Part shown: positions 40,701 through 54,271 of the stretch, one piece after another
Position numbering within the stretch: position 1 is the stretch's first letter
Layout of the letters: every line of letters starts with the position of its first letter
Origin: Antedon mediterranea
Taxonomy: Eukaryota; Animalia; Echinodermata
Assembly: GCF_964355755.1 (NCBI RefSeq)
Contig: NC_092678.1
Span: 7,766,422-7,830,421, forward strand
DNA: 64,000 bases
Direction: 5' to 3'
Position numbers and translations under genes: made by a program
Notes under the pieces: generated by a model
The model's input: the letters and a program-made list of their open reading frames with translations, nothing else
Told to the model about the DNA's origin: nothing
Databases searched by the model: none

Positions 40701-43700
40701 AAAAAAAAATCTTTAAAATAAATACCGTAAAAAAAACTGTTTGGTGGGCTACATTTTTAGATGGGGTTCTTTTCGAGATTATGTTTTCTTTTCAAAATGA
40801 ATGCTGTAAATTGCTACTGCTATAATATTATGACTGTTTAGACATTCCCTGTCAATTGTACTTATTTGCCAAGGAAGCAGACACGAAGACAGTATGCAAT
40901 CAAAGTACCAGTTGGAGAATAATAAATTGTAGAACAAATATGAGGCTTGATTGTTGAGATAATTGACGGCTGTAAGGTATTTAATATTGATATGATAACA
41001 CTACTTATACGTTTCTATTCAGTTCACATTCAAATAAAGTCAATCCTGAAAATAAGCCTATACCTTAAAACAATGTAGGCCCTAGTTAATTATTGTTTCT
41101 AAATATTGCATGTAATGTAATATGACGATACGTCGATTCTTCGCTTCCTTCTCGTTATTTAGAGTCAGTTTTATACTTCGTTGATAAAATGAGTAACTAT
41201 GTTCTGAGTACCTTAATTCGCATGTGTTTTCCTGTACTCATATTGTGTAAAATAATATATGTTGGTTTATATATAAGTAAACATTTCAGTTAAGATACCG
41301 TTAACAGTAGAGTTGATGGTCCCTTCAAAAAGAATATCAGACGAAAAGTAAACATCATTACTAAAAGACAATGTAATTTCTGCTGCGGATGAGACCAGGG
41401 TGACCGTGAAGTCGCTCTGAAAAATGACAATAATTAAAGCATTGTAGTTGTTTGTAAGTGCACCTTCTTGGGTAGCTTTGCCTCAGGGTATTGAGTAATA
41501 TTGTCTTTCTAGCTAAAATTCTTATATATATATTTTATACATCTTTGCATACCATTATGGTTTTATTTAGTTATAAAATCTTATTTCAAACTCTCCTTAG
41601 TTTTTTTGTCTTGTGTGAATTCATCTCACTTTTATTTAAATTCTTAGTTATGAATATATTTTATAGATGTACATTTGTGAAAATTAGAGTAAGTTTATAA
41701 AGTAGTTAAAATACAGGTATATTTGCATAATAAGATGCTTGAAATATTAACCATATTTGTTTTCATTTAAAATTTTAGATAAGATGTTAATTAAAATTTA
41801 AAAATGAAAGATGGCGGTAAAATACATAATTAAAATTTTTCTTGTTAAACTATCTTATTTGTGTTCTTATTTGTGTTTGAGTAGAGAGGCTATAAACTCA
41901 AGGGAGGAATATGTAGTATCCCCCCTTTTCACCAAGACAAGAAAGATGAAATGAAAAAAGAGAAATGCAAAAGTTTGAAAGTTAGATATTATTAGAATGG
42001 TAGCATGAAGTGATATTTAATGAAAATCCATAGAGTCCATACACTGTGCATGTCCAAGATGCGATTTTGGCTCTGTGTGTATGTGAGACGCTTCATACCC
42101 GATGTCATCTTAGTACAAACTACTACTTACAATTTGTATATACGACAGAGGTCCCAAGTTAAAAAAACAAGGCCATATAGATGGCTGCAGTCGCGTGCTC
42201 ATTAGTGTTTACCGACCGACCAACCTACCAACTGACCGAAATTACTGAACATGTTTAAAAATGTTGAAATGTTTAAAAACATTTATATTTTTTTAATTTA
42301 CAAGTGCGTAGCCTGTCACTTTTGACGTGCTCGTATAACGTAATTTCGAGAAAAGTAAGTCAAGAAAACAGAAATCGGGCAAAAAGAGTGCGTAATAACA
42401 TTTCACGCGCAGTGCGCGCGCAAAAATATGCGCACTCATGGCAATTTTGTAAACGCTTAAAATTGCCTGAAACGTACTCTTATTTCATCGAAAATAAATT
42501 TTGAAAATTTTAAGCGCGCGTACGCATGCGACAAACCGACAGACCGACCGACCGACCGACATAGTGAACTATAGAGTCGCGTCCACGCGACTAAAAACGA
42601 AATTTCGGGTAAACAATAGAGGGCATGCTATAATGATTTAAAATTATATAGAGGGCGCTATATAAGATGATATTTATAAAATAAATAAAGAAAATAGTAT
42701 ATATTAAACAGATACAGATAAATACAGATTATATTGACATACAATCGATTATATTGCATCACTAACTAACAATGATTCATGGAATAAATATCACATTAAA
42801 CAGTATAACTGATGCTTAAACTCTCATTAGTTTCCAATATTTAGACACAAGAAAGAATCATACCATCACTGTTGAGTCGGTATTTCCATTTCCTGATAAG
42901 TTCCATATAAAAGAATCTGCAGAAATGTCGAACTGAAAAAGAAATTTACTGATGTAACTATTAACGTAACGTGTCAATATGGAAGCCACAGGACGGTGCT
43001 CATGAATAATTTATGCATGAGCTTTAACGAAGTGGGCGGAGCTAACGCCCGTATTCTTAAACCGGACTTTAGTCGTAGTTCGAAATTCGACTTGAAAAAG
43101 TCCTAAGTTCGAGCTATTACTTCAAATTCGATTCATTAAAGAAGTAGTCGAAGTTTGCAGTTCGACTTAATCGTAGTTCGAGCTAAAACTTGACGTTATT
43201 TTAATTCATAAACCGAACTTCAGCTAAATCGCCGACTAAATCACTAAACCTGATATTTAGTTCAATTTAATTATTTGAGAATAAAAGAAAACAGAAAAGA
43301 AAATGATATTTTCTGACACTTTAATTTTTCAGCAGTACTTTTGTATACATTATTTTGTGGTTAAATACCTCCATATGTTCAGCTGTAAGAGTGACTTTAA
43401 AGCCTGTTCCGGATTTCAATCCAGTAGTGTTAACCAAAAATTCCGTCTTAACTTCGTTTCCATAGTAGATTGTTGGATACTCTACGGTTGCGCTCGCTTC
43501 CATCAATCTGGGAGCTGAAATGTACGTTATTATCTACAGTTAATCTATATATATATTTGAATTATTCTTCTGAGATAGGTAGAAACACGTTTTTCAATAT
43601 AACCATTGATAGTGCACCTACAGCAAAACGTAGAATTAATAACATTATTGTGAAAATATACGATATTATTCCATAGTTTGTTTGTTAGAACAAAGAAAAT

Positions 43701-46700
43701 TAAGGGTTTTAAATGTCGACTTATATTGAATATCCTTTTATTTTCAACGGTGTTGGTGTCTTTTTACATTTCTAGGGAGTTTTCGTACGAACACGTAAAC
43801 CTTAAAAAATAACGTCCACATTAAACATTTGCACAACAGCGTAGTTTAGCAAACAGTTGCCTAGTCTGAGTTCCAGACGGAGTTTTGACTTAATATTAAT
43901 AAAAAGATAAATATTTTGGTACATATGGCGTTTTATACGTATAATATTTGAGCTTGATACGTATTTCAGGGTCAGAAAACTATCAGTCTTGAAATAACTA
44001 CAGACTTGGGGCAAGTCTAACAGTTGCCGTGCGTTAAGCCTGTTTTCAACCGACGTTCAATCAACCCAACGATTGCAATCATTGAAGTTGAACCGTATCG
44101 TGACAAACATAATACTTTACCATACCAGTTCCACTTTAATAGAAATGTTAAGGGAACTTTTATGGTAGTACGTAATTTAGTTTGTCTTTGGCAGTCACGT
44201 ACATTTTAAACTTACAACAAAGTAAACAAAGAATTACTTTTAAAGATATATAAGTTTCTTGGCTTGTTAAGCCGACTATCTCTACTCTGCAATGATGATA
44301 CTCCAGTGTGTCTATCAACTCTATAAATTCCACCGTACTCTTCTGTCCAGTACAAATACTTTCCATATATGTCAATATTTAAAGGATTCCTTCCAGTTAA
44401 AATCGTTCTTCTGTTAGTTCCATCAAGGTTAGCTTCTTCAATTTGCCCACCTTGTAAATCACCCCAATACATCTTGTCATCTTGAAAATAACAAATCCAG
44501 GCAATAATGATAAGAATCGAATACTTTTGATAGTATAGTATAAATATCACGATACATGAAAAAAGTGTTATCTGCCTTAGTGATTCGACTCGTGCTCGTC
44601 CCCTACACGCATTTTACTCGCAAAAGCTGTACAACGTGTTGTAAATCTTGGCAACTCATAATATTATAATTTATCTACAAAGTGACTACAGGCACTATGT
44701 AATGAAATTGATGTTGTCTTTTTATGAAGTGTCATCAATTCTTCTTAGTTATATCAGTTCATTAAAAATATTACAATATAAACTACACATTTTAAAAGCT
44801 GAATTTTACATTTCTTGAAATTCAAAAAAATTGTAATGAACATTTTGGTAAAGCTAAAGTAAAGTTACCAGTTAACATTACTGTATAAATAACAACATTC
44901 ATAAACATTCATTCAAAAGGAAAGTCATCAAAACCGAAACGATAAACGGTAAATAATACAGACTACTTTTTTAGGAATCAAATTAGAGGTAAAAATTAAA
45001 TAAACAAACATAGAAATCTTAAGGAAAAGTAGCATCAATATCATTCGGTAGACCTACTTAACACTTTTTCATTTAACTAATCTTTTCGACAAGAACATTT
45101 CTTTTATAACAGTATTGATCAAATTAGTGAATGGCAATAATATTAAAAGAATAAAAACTGATAGGCCTACACTAAGCAAGATCTTCATAATTTAAAATAA
45201 TATCAGTCCTTAGTCCTTTCTTAAAACCTACAATAACTTGCAACAGATTAGTTAATTTTCAAAGTTATTCCATAATTTAGGTTCATTATAAGTAACTAGA
45301 ATTGATATTTTCGAAGTCTGGCAAATGGAATATTGAGTTTTGTTACAATTCTTAAATTATGGGCTCTTTGATCACACAAACAAAACATATTCATTATTTG
45401 GATCGGCAGTGTGTTATTAACAAACTTAAAATTAAAGAGATAGATAACATAACAAATAGCTCAGACCTTACCTGGAACTGCTAACACAAGTCCATGTGGT
45501 CGTAAAAGTCCAGTTGTTACTATAGCGGTTCTTGTACTCAAGTCATTTAACTTTACTCGTTCTATCCTATCAAAAGTGGCCGAATCTGTCCAGTACAAGT
45601 ATCTGGCGTAAAAGTAAAACTACTAGGTTTATAACTAACTAAAATAGTGACATTGAGTTAGTTGAACGGTGATAATATTTCATGGCTTGAAATATTGAAA
45701 AATTGAATATTGTTCTATTTAACAAGGTGGGACCGAGTTAGATAGAACTGTTAGTCCAAATTATATGTAGGCCTACACTTATCTGATAATCTGTTTACTT
45801 TATTATTATGACTATTCTCTACTGGTACTTTATTCGTTCGTTCGTCCGTCCGTCAATTGATCATCCATCCATTCTGTTAGACTTTCCCCAGAGCCATATT
45901 TGAAGAGTTACGACTTTGAATGGATTAGAAGCCATTTTTGTATCCTACTATGTGCAAAAAGCTTTAACTATCGAAGCCGGTTAAGTAATAGAGGGCGTTT
46001 GGTCGAATTTAATATCAAAACAATTTGTACAGCGATTCTCTAATGAATGCATTGTTTTTACATTTTGTTGTTTAAAATCATGTTTTGATAATTTCGTTAT
46101 TATCACAACAAAACCTTCAAACATGATTGTTTTGATACTAAATTTGATAGTTAATGCATTGTGAACATTATATATTTTAATTGTCGAGTGTTATATTTGC
46201 GTCGAGTGATTTGACCAAACGCCCTCTATTACTTAACCGGCTCCGAGCTAGCAAAGAGCGGTTTACACATCCAGTTGGGAAATATGACCGTTATCGCGAA
46301 ATTTTCGACTTCGCATGACGTCATTAATTTTAGAAGCCCTCTCTCGGCACAGAGGCATCAACGTTTCGCGCGAAAACATTAGCATAAAGTATACGTCATT
46401 TTATAGCTGTTTAATAAACACTAATAGGCGAAAAATTAACCATATATGGTAAGATCAGTTCCTTATATGTTTAAGATGTCGCAGGTCACCTAATTTTCGG
46501 AATAATTTGTTGGATTTGTTGTCAGTGACAGTTTCTTTCCAAAGTTCGTGTGCAGCCGTCAAAGCTGAAGTTTTCTAACTTGTGTTTGTTTACAAATTTT
46601 CCATTAGTGGGATTTGCATCCCATACAGTGAATTACCAAAAAATTGGCGTATATGGATAGAGTAAGTATCAATAGTCTGTTTTACGTTAAAATTGGCTTG

Positions 46701-49700
46701 AAACCCTATTTAAGCTTCCTACAGCGAACATTTTAAAAAAGGTCCTCATTTCACATAATTGTTACGTCTCGCGGCACTAGTTCCGTCGTGTGTGGTGCAT
46801 GGTGTGTTGATTGTGGTTGTTGCAGGTGTGGGTGTGTGCACGACCTGGTGGATGGTTGTCGTAATATCGGCCTAGGCTTAGCCTTAGTAACATGTTGATA
46901 ATTAAAATACTTTAGTTACAATTTAGTATTATTAAAGTTTCGTTAATCCTACTCTATATTGAAGATGCGTTGGGAAGGTTTTAAAAAGATAATTAAGCCA
47001 ATCGCAGCCTGACATATAGTTAAATATCCTCATTATTGGCAACTGATGGGTACAATTTATTTACTGTATTAATAATTATACAATAAATATACAGACACAA
47101 GGAAGTTTTGTGTTTAGTGCTTTTTTATGGTAGGCCTACAGTACAGTCATATTTTATCTGAATATGTTTTCAGGTTGTGGAATAATTATATAATTATACA
47201 GTATTTAAGAAAATGTTTTCGTCATAGTGACAATTATTTAAATAGTTCTTTACATTTCAGCTATTCATTTTCATTTCAGGTTTTTTGTTGGTATCAAGAT
47301 TTTCTATCTCGTTCTTCAATATGAGGTTGGACGGTGGAAGCTGTAAAGTGGTTTTCTCGATTTCAATATCATTGCTGATAGTTTTTCATTTTATTCGCTA
47401 ATATAAAATATAAATTTATATTCATTTAAGTTGTAGAAGTGTTTCAGATCAGTAAATTTTTATAAAGATATAAATTAAGTTGCAATTGATTGATTGATTT
47501 ACTTTATTAACCAGAGTCGCACAGATGCATACAATATAAACATAAAACAATCATAAAATCAGTACAACAGTAAGACTCAAGTAAAAATGATATCTCAAAA
47601 AGTACATATGGTGGCATATTTTATATTTACAGTATTAGGCCTAGCTAGTTTGTTATGTCTGATGAACAAGGTGCTATTAGAAGTTTTTATATACAGTAGT
47701 ATTTACTATTTGTATCAGTAATTGTTTGAAAGGTTGTATTTTTTCACATTCTGTATATGTATACATAAAAAGAAAAAATGTATTGCTTGTGTGAAATGTA
47801 AGTTGTATCTAATAAAGTAATAGAATATTTCTGTATACAAGTGTGACATTTACTGCCAGATATTGATATACTTATAAGTACCAACCAATTAACAATACTC
47901 AAGTAAATGATGGGCTAATAATTATCTTTTTTAAAAACATGACCATATAAAAATACATGGTTGAGTCTCTCAAACAAAAGATGCCTGATTTTATAAATAA
48001 CATTCCCCACCATATTTATATATACATTGAAAATGGGTTATCTTTTGGCACTTTGTTTTTCAATTTATTGTTTTTTAACAGTTTTTGTAATTTTTTTCTG
48101 GGCCTAGGTTCTTCTTCAGGCTTCTTCTTGCTTGGTATATGAGCTGGGATAGACCTACCAGCCTAGATTATGGAATACCCAGATTATGTCTACTTCTACT
48201 CCAGCTACTATAGGCCCTACTATAATAACACAAACTACTATCAGAATTACCTAGCCTAACTAGGCCTAGAAAATACTATTTTTAGGCCTAGCTAGGCTAG
48301 AAGTTAAGTAAGTAATTATAGTAGCTAGTCTAAGTAGGCCTTTCCTAGCTCAGAAACCAAATAGAACAATAATCGGGCAGCAGATTGAAACCTTAGGCCT
48401 GTGACGCAGTACGCCTGTATGAACAACCGGATTAAACAGGGACACGATTCGGTCCGGGTCGATTCGTACCAGCTTCGTAAAACGTAAACAAAGTTTCAAA
48501 ATGGCGGTTTTTCGATCGTAACTGAACAGAAATGTAGTAGGTTTGGTTTGATTAGTGGGAGTTGCATCCCAAGAAAGCTTAAAATTAGATTTTTATTTTA
48601 ATAGATAGCTTAATAGTTTATCTTGAAAGGATTTTAAATTCGCTTTGAAATCTTATCTAGAAAATATGAAATTTAATGATTTTTTACCATCATTTAAAAA
48701 AAAATATAAATAAAAAAGTTTATACACAAAATAATGATATTTCTCGAAACAAAAAAACTGTGGAATTTAAATCACAGTTTTTATCATTATTTACGCTTGC
48801 AGTTCAACTATTGAAATACGTTTATTGATTTCATCTAATATCAAAATTATACAATTTTCAAAGTGTACTAAAATAGCAAAAATTCCAACATTTTCCACGA
48901 AGCGCGCCCTCACAATGAATGAAATCAGTGATGCGTTACCAACGCGGCTTTCCGACTGATCCATTCATTCCATCATTCATTCATTGAAAAAAAAAAAAGA
49001 GCAAAGAAAGAAAGCAGAGCAAATGAAAATTATATTTAAACGATTGCTATACAAAAGCAAAAGACATAAGGAAATTTAATTTGCAAAATTAAAGTCAAAT
49101 ATCCTTTTTACTTATGTATTTTATTTCATTGCATTATTATTTTCCGTAATGATCGACCATATGACGTTGACTAGATGATCTACCTTGAGCAAGTGACACT
49201 TATTTTGTAATATAGAAAGAGGGACATACTTTACCCGTTAGCTGTGTCTAACTTAATTGCACTTGGCCAGGAAAGTTCTGTATCAAACAGAATTGTTCTA
49301 TTCGTTCCATCCAGATTTATTACTTCAATGCGCTTCCTTGAACTACTCGTCCAATAAAGTTTCTTTCCATCTACGTCAACAGCTAACCCATTCACATCTT
49401 TAATGATAAAACATTATACAATGTGTCGTAATCACAAACTATATTAAATCTTTTTCAGCGATATATTGAAAAAAAAGAAAACATTTTTACGATTCCTCGG
49501 ATCTGTTGGCCTTGTCCAAACTCCGATTATTTCACCAACTGAATAAACGACCGAATATTTTTGTATAAATGTCTAAATTCTATGTTCGCTTGTAATCTTT
49601 TTTCTAATTTCAATTTTAATGTCCCAACTTTGTACAAAATCAATGTTACATGTACAATTTTCCCGTGTTAATGTCTGTAAGAATGGTATTTTTTTTGGTA

Positions 49701-51884
49701 GAATTTTGTCTGTTTATAACAACTATGTTTGTCGAAATCCTGAATTAGATATCTTTTATTGTACCTTTTCTAAGTTTAAGTACATTGCTGCCAATACAGA
49801 TTAGGCCTATAGATTAGATTAACTTTTAAGCTTTTTTTGTTATTTTATATGTGTTTTTATATTCCTATCTATATTTTCATCCTATAATTGGTGTACACAC
49901 TGTTGCATGTGAAAGAATAAAATACAAAAAAATGCAAAAAAAATTGATGAATTTCGTCTAAAGCACGAAATACACAACTGTGCAACTAATTCACATTTTA
50001 AGTAAAAACTAAAAAAATTAACATTCCAAAATGCTGTAAATAAATTAAAATTGATATTGATTGTTATAATATGATCCATAAAGACCGTCCTATGAAAATG
50101 GTGGTGATGTTAGTATCTATTAAGATACTTTATCTTATATAAAGAAATATCAGATCTTTCTGTAAATGATCTTGAGGCTGTTTGGTTAAAGCTTTTACAA
50201 ACATGCCGTACTCCAAATACAAATTGCCAAAGCTAGTATGGACGGAAATAGTATTACCCTCTCAATATTGACTATTGTTTTAGATAAAAAACCTTTTGAA
50301 AAATCATACAAATAATTAGATTAATTACCCAACTGATTCATGATAAAAAAGTTACGCCACACTCTTCAAGTTGTATAGATTTAATAATACTCAATATGGC
50401 CTATATATTAAAATAATAACAAAAATACCAAATCAGTACCATACTAGTGGTTTTGCTAATTCAGCTGTCATCGACCATATTATGGTTTGCAGTTGAAGTA
50501 ATAATAGTTGCTTACTTGGTGATGAAAGAAAGACATCATGTTGGTCTGTGACAAATGAATACCGTTCAATAGTCTTCTTTTTGACATCACTCCAGTACAG
50601 CGTTAAGGTATTCGTATCGTAATCAAGAGCCTTGGGCGCGTTAAATTGAACAGTCTGTGTTGCTAATGAAAAACTTAAATTGTTGCTTCCACTATAAGTT
50701 ATATTTGATATGTAAATCCCTGGAGGATTTGCGTTAGCCACAAACATAATATCACCTGTAAAATCATAAAGTTTTATTTTATACATTATCTTAATATCAA
50801 GAGTTAATTTCTTGTTAATTCTGGAAGATTTAATTGATGTTTCTGTTAGTTGTTTTAAAATGTTGTATTTGTTAATCTGAGGCGCCTTGAAGCTAAGGTG
50901 GTTCCATCTTGTAAGGCGCCTCTGTGTAATATACTGAATAAAAAAAAAATAAAAAAGAGCTAATTTCTTCATTTAAAAAAAAATTGCTCCTCTAGAAAGA
51001 TCACATTCTCCACCCCATCCCCCACCCCAAAAAACCCTCAATAATAGACGATGTTTCACTGTTGAGCGTGGAAGCCATGATACACAACCGCCCGTCGACC
51101 CACATGCCTTTTATATTTCCACAACAGCACTAGTCCTCAGTTGTACGCACGCGTAGTGCTGTTCCGCCGTGTACCACGCCGAGAATGTTAAAGAGTCGCT
51201 ATCCAATCGAGTTCGAATAATACCATGAAAGCCCCAGTGGTCTAATGGTTAGGACATCTGCATATCAAGCAGGCGGTCCGAGTTCGAGTCTCGGTTGGGG
51301 CGACTTTTTCTCATTTTCACAGATTTCCTCATCTTTATAACTGAATTTGTTAAGTTAAATGTCTTTTTTTGTTCATTATCATATAATCATAATATTTCTT
51401 ACCTTACCTTATTTTTAAATATGTTGCCTGGACCCCACATTTTAAAGCTTAAGCTTCCAGTGGGGTACCCTTTTTCTCATTTATTATCTATTATTTCTAG
51501 AAAATGTAACTGTATTTTGTTTTTTATTTGAGAAATAAATTTATTTGATTGATTGATTGATTGATTTTTATCGTATAAAATTATATATATATATAAATCC
51601 AAAGGCAAATTACTGAAGAAAAGGACAATTCTGTGAGTATCAATGGCTGGATCTATCTCAATGGAGATACAAAAAAAAGCGAAAAGCTAAATCAAAACGA
51701 TAAAGTAAACAGCCAGAAAAGTTAGCAGAGCTTTCGGGCAACACTAGCCCTTCATCAGTATATATATATAATATATATCTAATAAGATCGAAACAGTACT
51801 GTCTGCAGACTTACCGTACCCATAAGATGTAGCAAGCGTCATAAGCGTAACCATAAACGTAGAATTCATGATCAAGACTTTCAT
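34718..51884 (-). CDS. Secreted mosaic protein (~1091 aa): signal peptide, 6-bladed YWTD (LDLR class B) propeller, beta-rich region, C-type lectin domain, Cys-rich module, Asp-box C-terminal domain; 17 exons
   Basis: Phase-consistent exons (minus): 51884-51815, 50755-50516, 49397-49235, 45602-45472, 44480-44238, 43514-43369, 42932-42864, 41416-41299, 40669-40003, 39643-39454, 39038-38837, 38414-38203, 38026-37804, 37395-37210, 36893-36741, 36296-36093, 34776-34718 (3276 nt, ends DCC-TAA). Blades MFVAN, LYWSD, LYWTS, LYWTD, MYWGD, LYWTE. CTLD C..CYKVF..TWDAAKAAC..YWIGL..FKWTNG..C..W..C..ICE. Asp box SKDHGATW. The propeller-to-downstream join (44238>43514) is the least certain. Confidence 0.78.
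34882..35419 (+). mobile_element. Probable solo LTR (538 bp)
   Basis: TG...CA ends with 12-bp terminal inverted repeat TGCCGCAGGAGG / CCTCTTGCGGCA (1 mismatch); GC-box and E-box near the 5' end; AATAAA ~60 bp before the 3' end. No clear TSD. Confidence 0.55.
35520..35945 (+). repeat. ~145-bp tandem repeat, ~3 diverged units, rich in AACGTT
   Basis: GGACGTCA..AAGGGTCCA recurs at ~35594, ~35744 and ~35885. Confidence 0.8.
42167..42595. mobile_element. Helentron-associated (HINE/DINE-1-like) non-autonomous element
   Basis: Subterminal AGTCGCGTG, (GACC/GACA)n microsatellite and terminal hairpin AGTCGCGTCCACGCGACT; body shared with 55041-55340. Confidence 0.7.
43862..44019. mobile_element. Short dispersed repeat with TAG...CTA ends (Academ-like, tentative)
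   Basis: Core AAAAGATAAATATTTTGGCACATATGGCGTTTCATACGTAT also at ~4985, ~30527, ~57153 and inverted at 39082-39228. Confidence 0.6.
45971..46246. mobile_element. MITE with ~30-bp TIRs
   Basis: AGCCGGTTAAGTAATAGAGGGCGTTTGGTC ... GACCAAACGCCCTCTATTACTTAACCGGCT. Confidence 0.8.
50083..50390 (+). mobile_element. Highly degenerate LINE APE-endonuclease fragment
   Basis: Broken frames read DR...GGDVSIY...DLSVNDLEAVWLKL and later SSCIDLI, resembling non-LTR endonuclease motifs. Confidence 0.45.
51231..51302 (+). tRNA. tRNA-like cloverleaf, anticodon ATC (Asp-like), probably a pseudogene or repeat-borne copy
   Basis: Acceptor GCCCCAG/TTGGGGC, D arm GTCT..GGAC, anticodon arm TCTGC-ATATCAA-GCAGG, T arm CCGAG-TTCGAGT-CTCGG, discriminator G, then TTTTT. 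A32 and A34 are atypical. Confidence 0.55.
51725..51759 (-). ncRNA. Minimal hammerhead-ribozyme motif, 5' stem truncated by (TA)n
   Basis: Minus strand CTGATGA-A-GGGC-TAGTGTT-GCCC-GAAA-GCTC-TGC, within a ~170-bp repeat (51590-51759) shared with 63352-63525. Confidence 0.55.
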
Positions 51885-54271
51885 AGTGATGAGAATTCAG
51901 GAAAATGTTGACCAACAATATTAAATGGCAGTGACTATGATATTAAAAACACACTTTATAAAATAAAAGCATTACCGAAAATAAAGTTATCTACAATGAT
52001 TCATCATCATACGTTCTCAAGTCTCTCTCAATTGGGAAACTGTATAGTTGGTTCAAAATGAAGTTAGAGATACTAGCCACAGACATCGGATGCGTTTAAA
52101 TGAAAGTGACTTTGTAACGAATGGTGGAGTGGTTATTTGAAACTTGACAACGTAGTAACAGTAAGTTATGACGTTTTCAAAACATTGCGCATGCCAACAC
52201 CCTTCGCTATGACGAATGCCTTATAAGAAACAAACATATTTTATAATTAAAAATGTAAACTATATTTGAACTCGTCACTATGGACGAGTTAGGTTATCCG
52301 CAGCGCAAACGCCACGTGCACGTCATACGTTAGAATATTGCGCACAGAAAAACAATTATGCCATTGTGACCTGAAGAAAAGAAGATGTTTTTAGTATGGT
52401 CTCTGTTTTACGCAGTATACACTAAATACTGTATATATACTATATTTAGTGCAATGATTTTGTATGTATGACATGATAATATGTGCACAAAAAAGGCTTT
52501 AATTTTTGTTTTAAAGAAATATTATTTTACCTATGTTTTACGCATCGAAAATAAAGTTATCTAAATGATTCATCATCATCATTATCATAAATTCTCAAAC
52601 TTCAATTTCTATGCCTTCGCACACCCTTTGCCATGACGAATGTCTTATGACCAACAAACATATAATTAAAATTAAAACTAACTAAATGTAAATTAAATGC
52701 GTAAAATTTAATAAAGGTATTTTTCACTTACACTGTTTTTCATAATAAGCTGTAGATTTAATTTAGGTTTGCTGCTGTAGTGTTAGTATACGCAGCAACA
52801 CAACGAACCATAATAGTTTTTGTTTGATTTTTGCTTTAGTGCCCTATTATTTGACATGATGGACGTACCATATTTAATTAAAATACTTAATGTGAATCTT
52901 TTATTTCTATTTTATTTTTAATTTCTATATAATTTAATCACGCGTGATTCAACAGCGAAAACAAAATTGCTATTCCCGAGGTTTTAGACGTGTAAATTAT
53001 TTACTAACGTTTATTGGAATCTCTTTTCACTGGAGATCTGTCATCCATGACACAGAAACCGATAGTAGTCTAGTAACATTTACAGTATTTTTTTCAAGCA
53101 ATGTACTGTAATATATATTTTGCATTCATAATCGTTTTATTGTTTTAATTGTTAAACCATCATGTGTCATTAATGGGGTGGTTGCTAATAAAGATATAAA
53201 GACGTCAGGCTATTATTTTACACAAGTGAATGGTCAATTTTTTTTTTACAAAAGCTATCAGATACAGAGACCAAACACTGACAAAGTACCTTTTTAAGCA
53301 ATACACACAAATCGTATGAAAATAAAAAAGAAAGTAAATAAAAGAAAACTGTTTTCTCAAACCCACCTGATTATAATAGATTAATATACCGAAATAAATT
53401 CAAGAACCACGGGGAAGATTCATTGGTGTAGCCATGAAGATATGGTATAAACATGTCTGTAACAATTATGACAAAAATAACTAACCTTGTTTGCCTTTTG
53501 ATTCACTTTCTACCTTGTTGTACGATACTTTTGCTATAAAAGTGAACACAATTCCGTGTGCACGTTTTCAGCTCAATGTTCTCACTGGCGAATGTGATGT
53601 AAAGGTTTATCATTATTAAAGGTTTAAATATCAATAACAATATAATTTAAGAATAATAACAAAAGAAAGTACAGTACATACTGTACGTATAATATCCCTA
53701 TGTGTAAAGTAAAGGTATCACGCAATATGGCCATAACATTCTGCTACGTGGTTTTTGAATAGATAATTAAAAGTAGGCCTACAATACTATTCTTTAATTA
53801 AAATTTTAAGGGAAGAGTAAATTTACAATTCTAGTAGTACAACATGGCCGCGCATCATCAATTCACCTTTTACTATACAATATTTCCTTTTCCATGAAAA
53901 AGTAAATTTTCCATGTAATAATAATTATTGATTGATTGACAGGCTAGATGAATTTATCTCAGAATAACAAAATTTAAAAAAAATTAAAACGCTTTAAAAA
54001 AAATCATATATTTATTTTGTTTGAGTCTATTTTTTCTCTCCATGAAACTATAATAATTAGTAAAACTACTAAAAATGGCCTGTTTAAAGTAGAGGCAGTT
54101 GGTGTGAAAGTTGTTATCTGCCCCTGAATTTAACTATTTTTTGTTGTTGAATATTTCAATGTCAGATAATATTTGTATTGGAAAAAAAATTACCAGATAA
54201 AACCGTAATTTAAAGAACAGATTTAACCGGAAGTCTGGAAAGAAGTTTCTGGGTAATGTGAACCGGTTTTT

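Noticed and set aside
44160-50972. LRP/LDL-receptor or vitellogenin-receptor gene call for the YWTD exons
   Set aside because: No LDLa repeats, EGF modules or transmembrane segment found; only one propeller after the signal peptide.
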